64,000 bases of DNA from Mobula hypostoma (taxonomy: Eukaryota). Both the position numbers and the translations under genes were made by a program. Numbering within the stretch: the first letter of the stretch is position 1; each line of letters begins with the position of its first letter. Below are positions 63,611 to 64,000 of this stretch, piece after piece. Under the pieces are notes generated by a model. It did not search any database. It was given only the letters and a program-made list of their open reading frames with translations, and was not told the DNA's origin. Location: contig NC_086097.1 in NCBI RefSeq assembly GCF_963921235.1, positions 35,652,001 to 35,716,000 of the forward strand. Direction: 5' to 3'.

Positions 63611-64000
63611 ATTCTGTCATAGATTGGCTCCATCTATGATGTAAATGGAATCAATCACCATTATTAATGTTAATTAACTGTTTTCAAAATATTGGCAGGA
63701 ATTTCATAGCATATAATGATTACATCTGAACAAATTATTGGATGATCCTTGTCAATTCATTTTGCATTTATTTAAGCCATTATTTCAACAACAATTGACA
63801 ACTTTATCAGAAGATTACAAGAATGCTTGTCATGGGAAATAGAAATAACTATAATGAAAACATTCAGCATCTTGATAATCTGGCAGATCACTTGATCTAA
63901 TGCTCCCATTTTGAAAGAAATGCCTTCCATTGAAGGGACGAAATCATTTAATGGGTTATATTGGTTTAAATTCAAAGCTGTGCAATATTCCACATGGAGA

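Noticed and set aside
63772..63993. 73-aa minus-strand ORF at the window end
   Set aside because: No recognisable domain or splice support
1..64000. Prokaryotic systems (CRISPR arrays, operons, defence islands)
   Set aside because: Sequence is vertebrate-type repeat-rich DNA with no gene-dense tracts or regularly spaced direct repeats

Overview
This is eukaryotic, repeat-dense, apparently non-coding DNA (a large intron or intergenic region). The repeat make-up points to a cartilaginous fish, probably a ray (inference). It includes CR1/HER1-type LINEs with an esterase ORF1, Rex1/Babar, RTE, HERO, Nimb/I and fish-type L1 elements, V-SINE-like SINEs, Penelope-like elements, Tc1 and Tigger derivatives, and a solo LTR. 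I found no host protein-coding exon I can support. Every recognisable ORF is a decayed transposon fragment. Highlights: (1) A very abundant Penelope-like element (PLE) terminal repeat carries a minimal hammerhead-ribozyme motif. Many short copies begin or fold back at the ribozyme, including a TSD-flanked palindromic mini-element centred on it. (2) A near-full-length RTE LINE has a twin-priming-type 5' inversion and a 55-bp duplicated junction. (3) A multi-layer nest of Rex, CR1, RTE, SINE and HERO elements spans about 12.3-18.5 kb. (4) There is a tRNA-headed SINE and several bipartite non-autonomous elements built from RTE ends. Boundaries were read by eye and are approximate unless a TSD is quoted.
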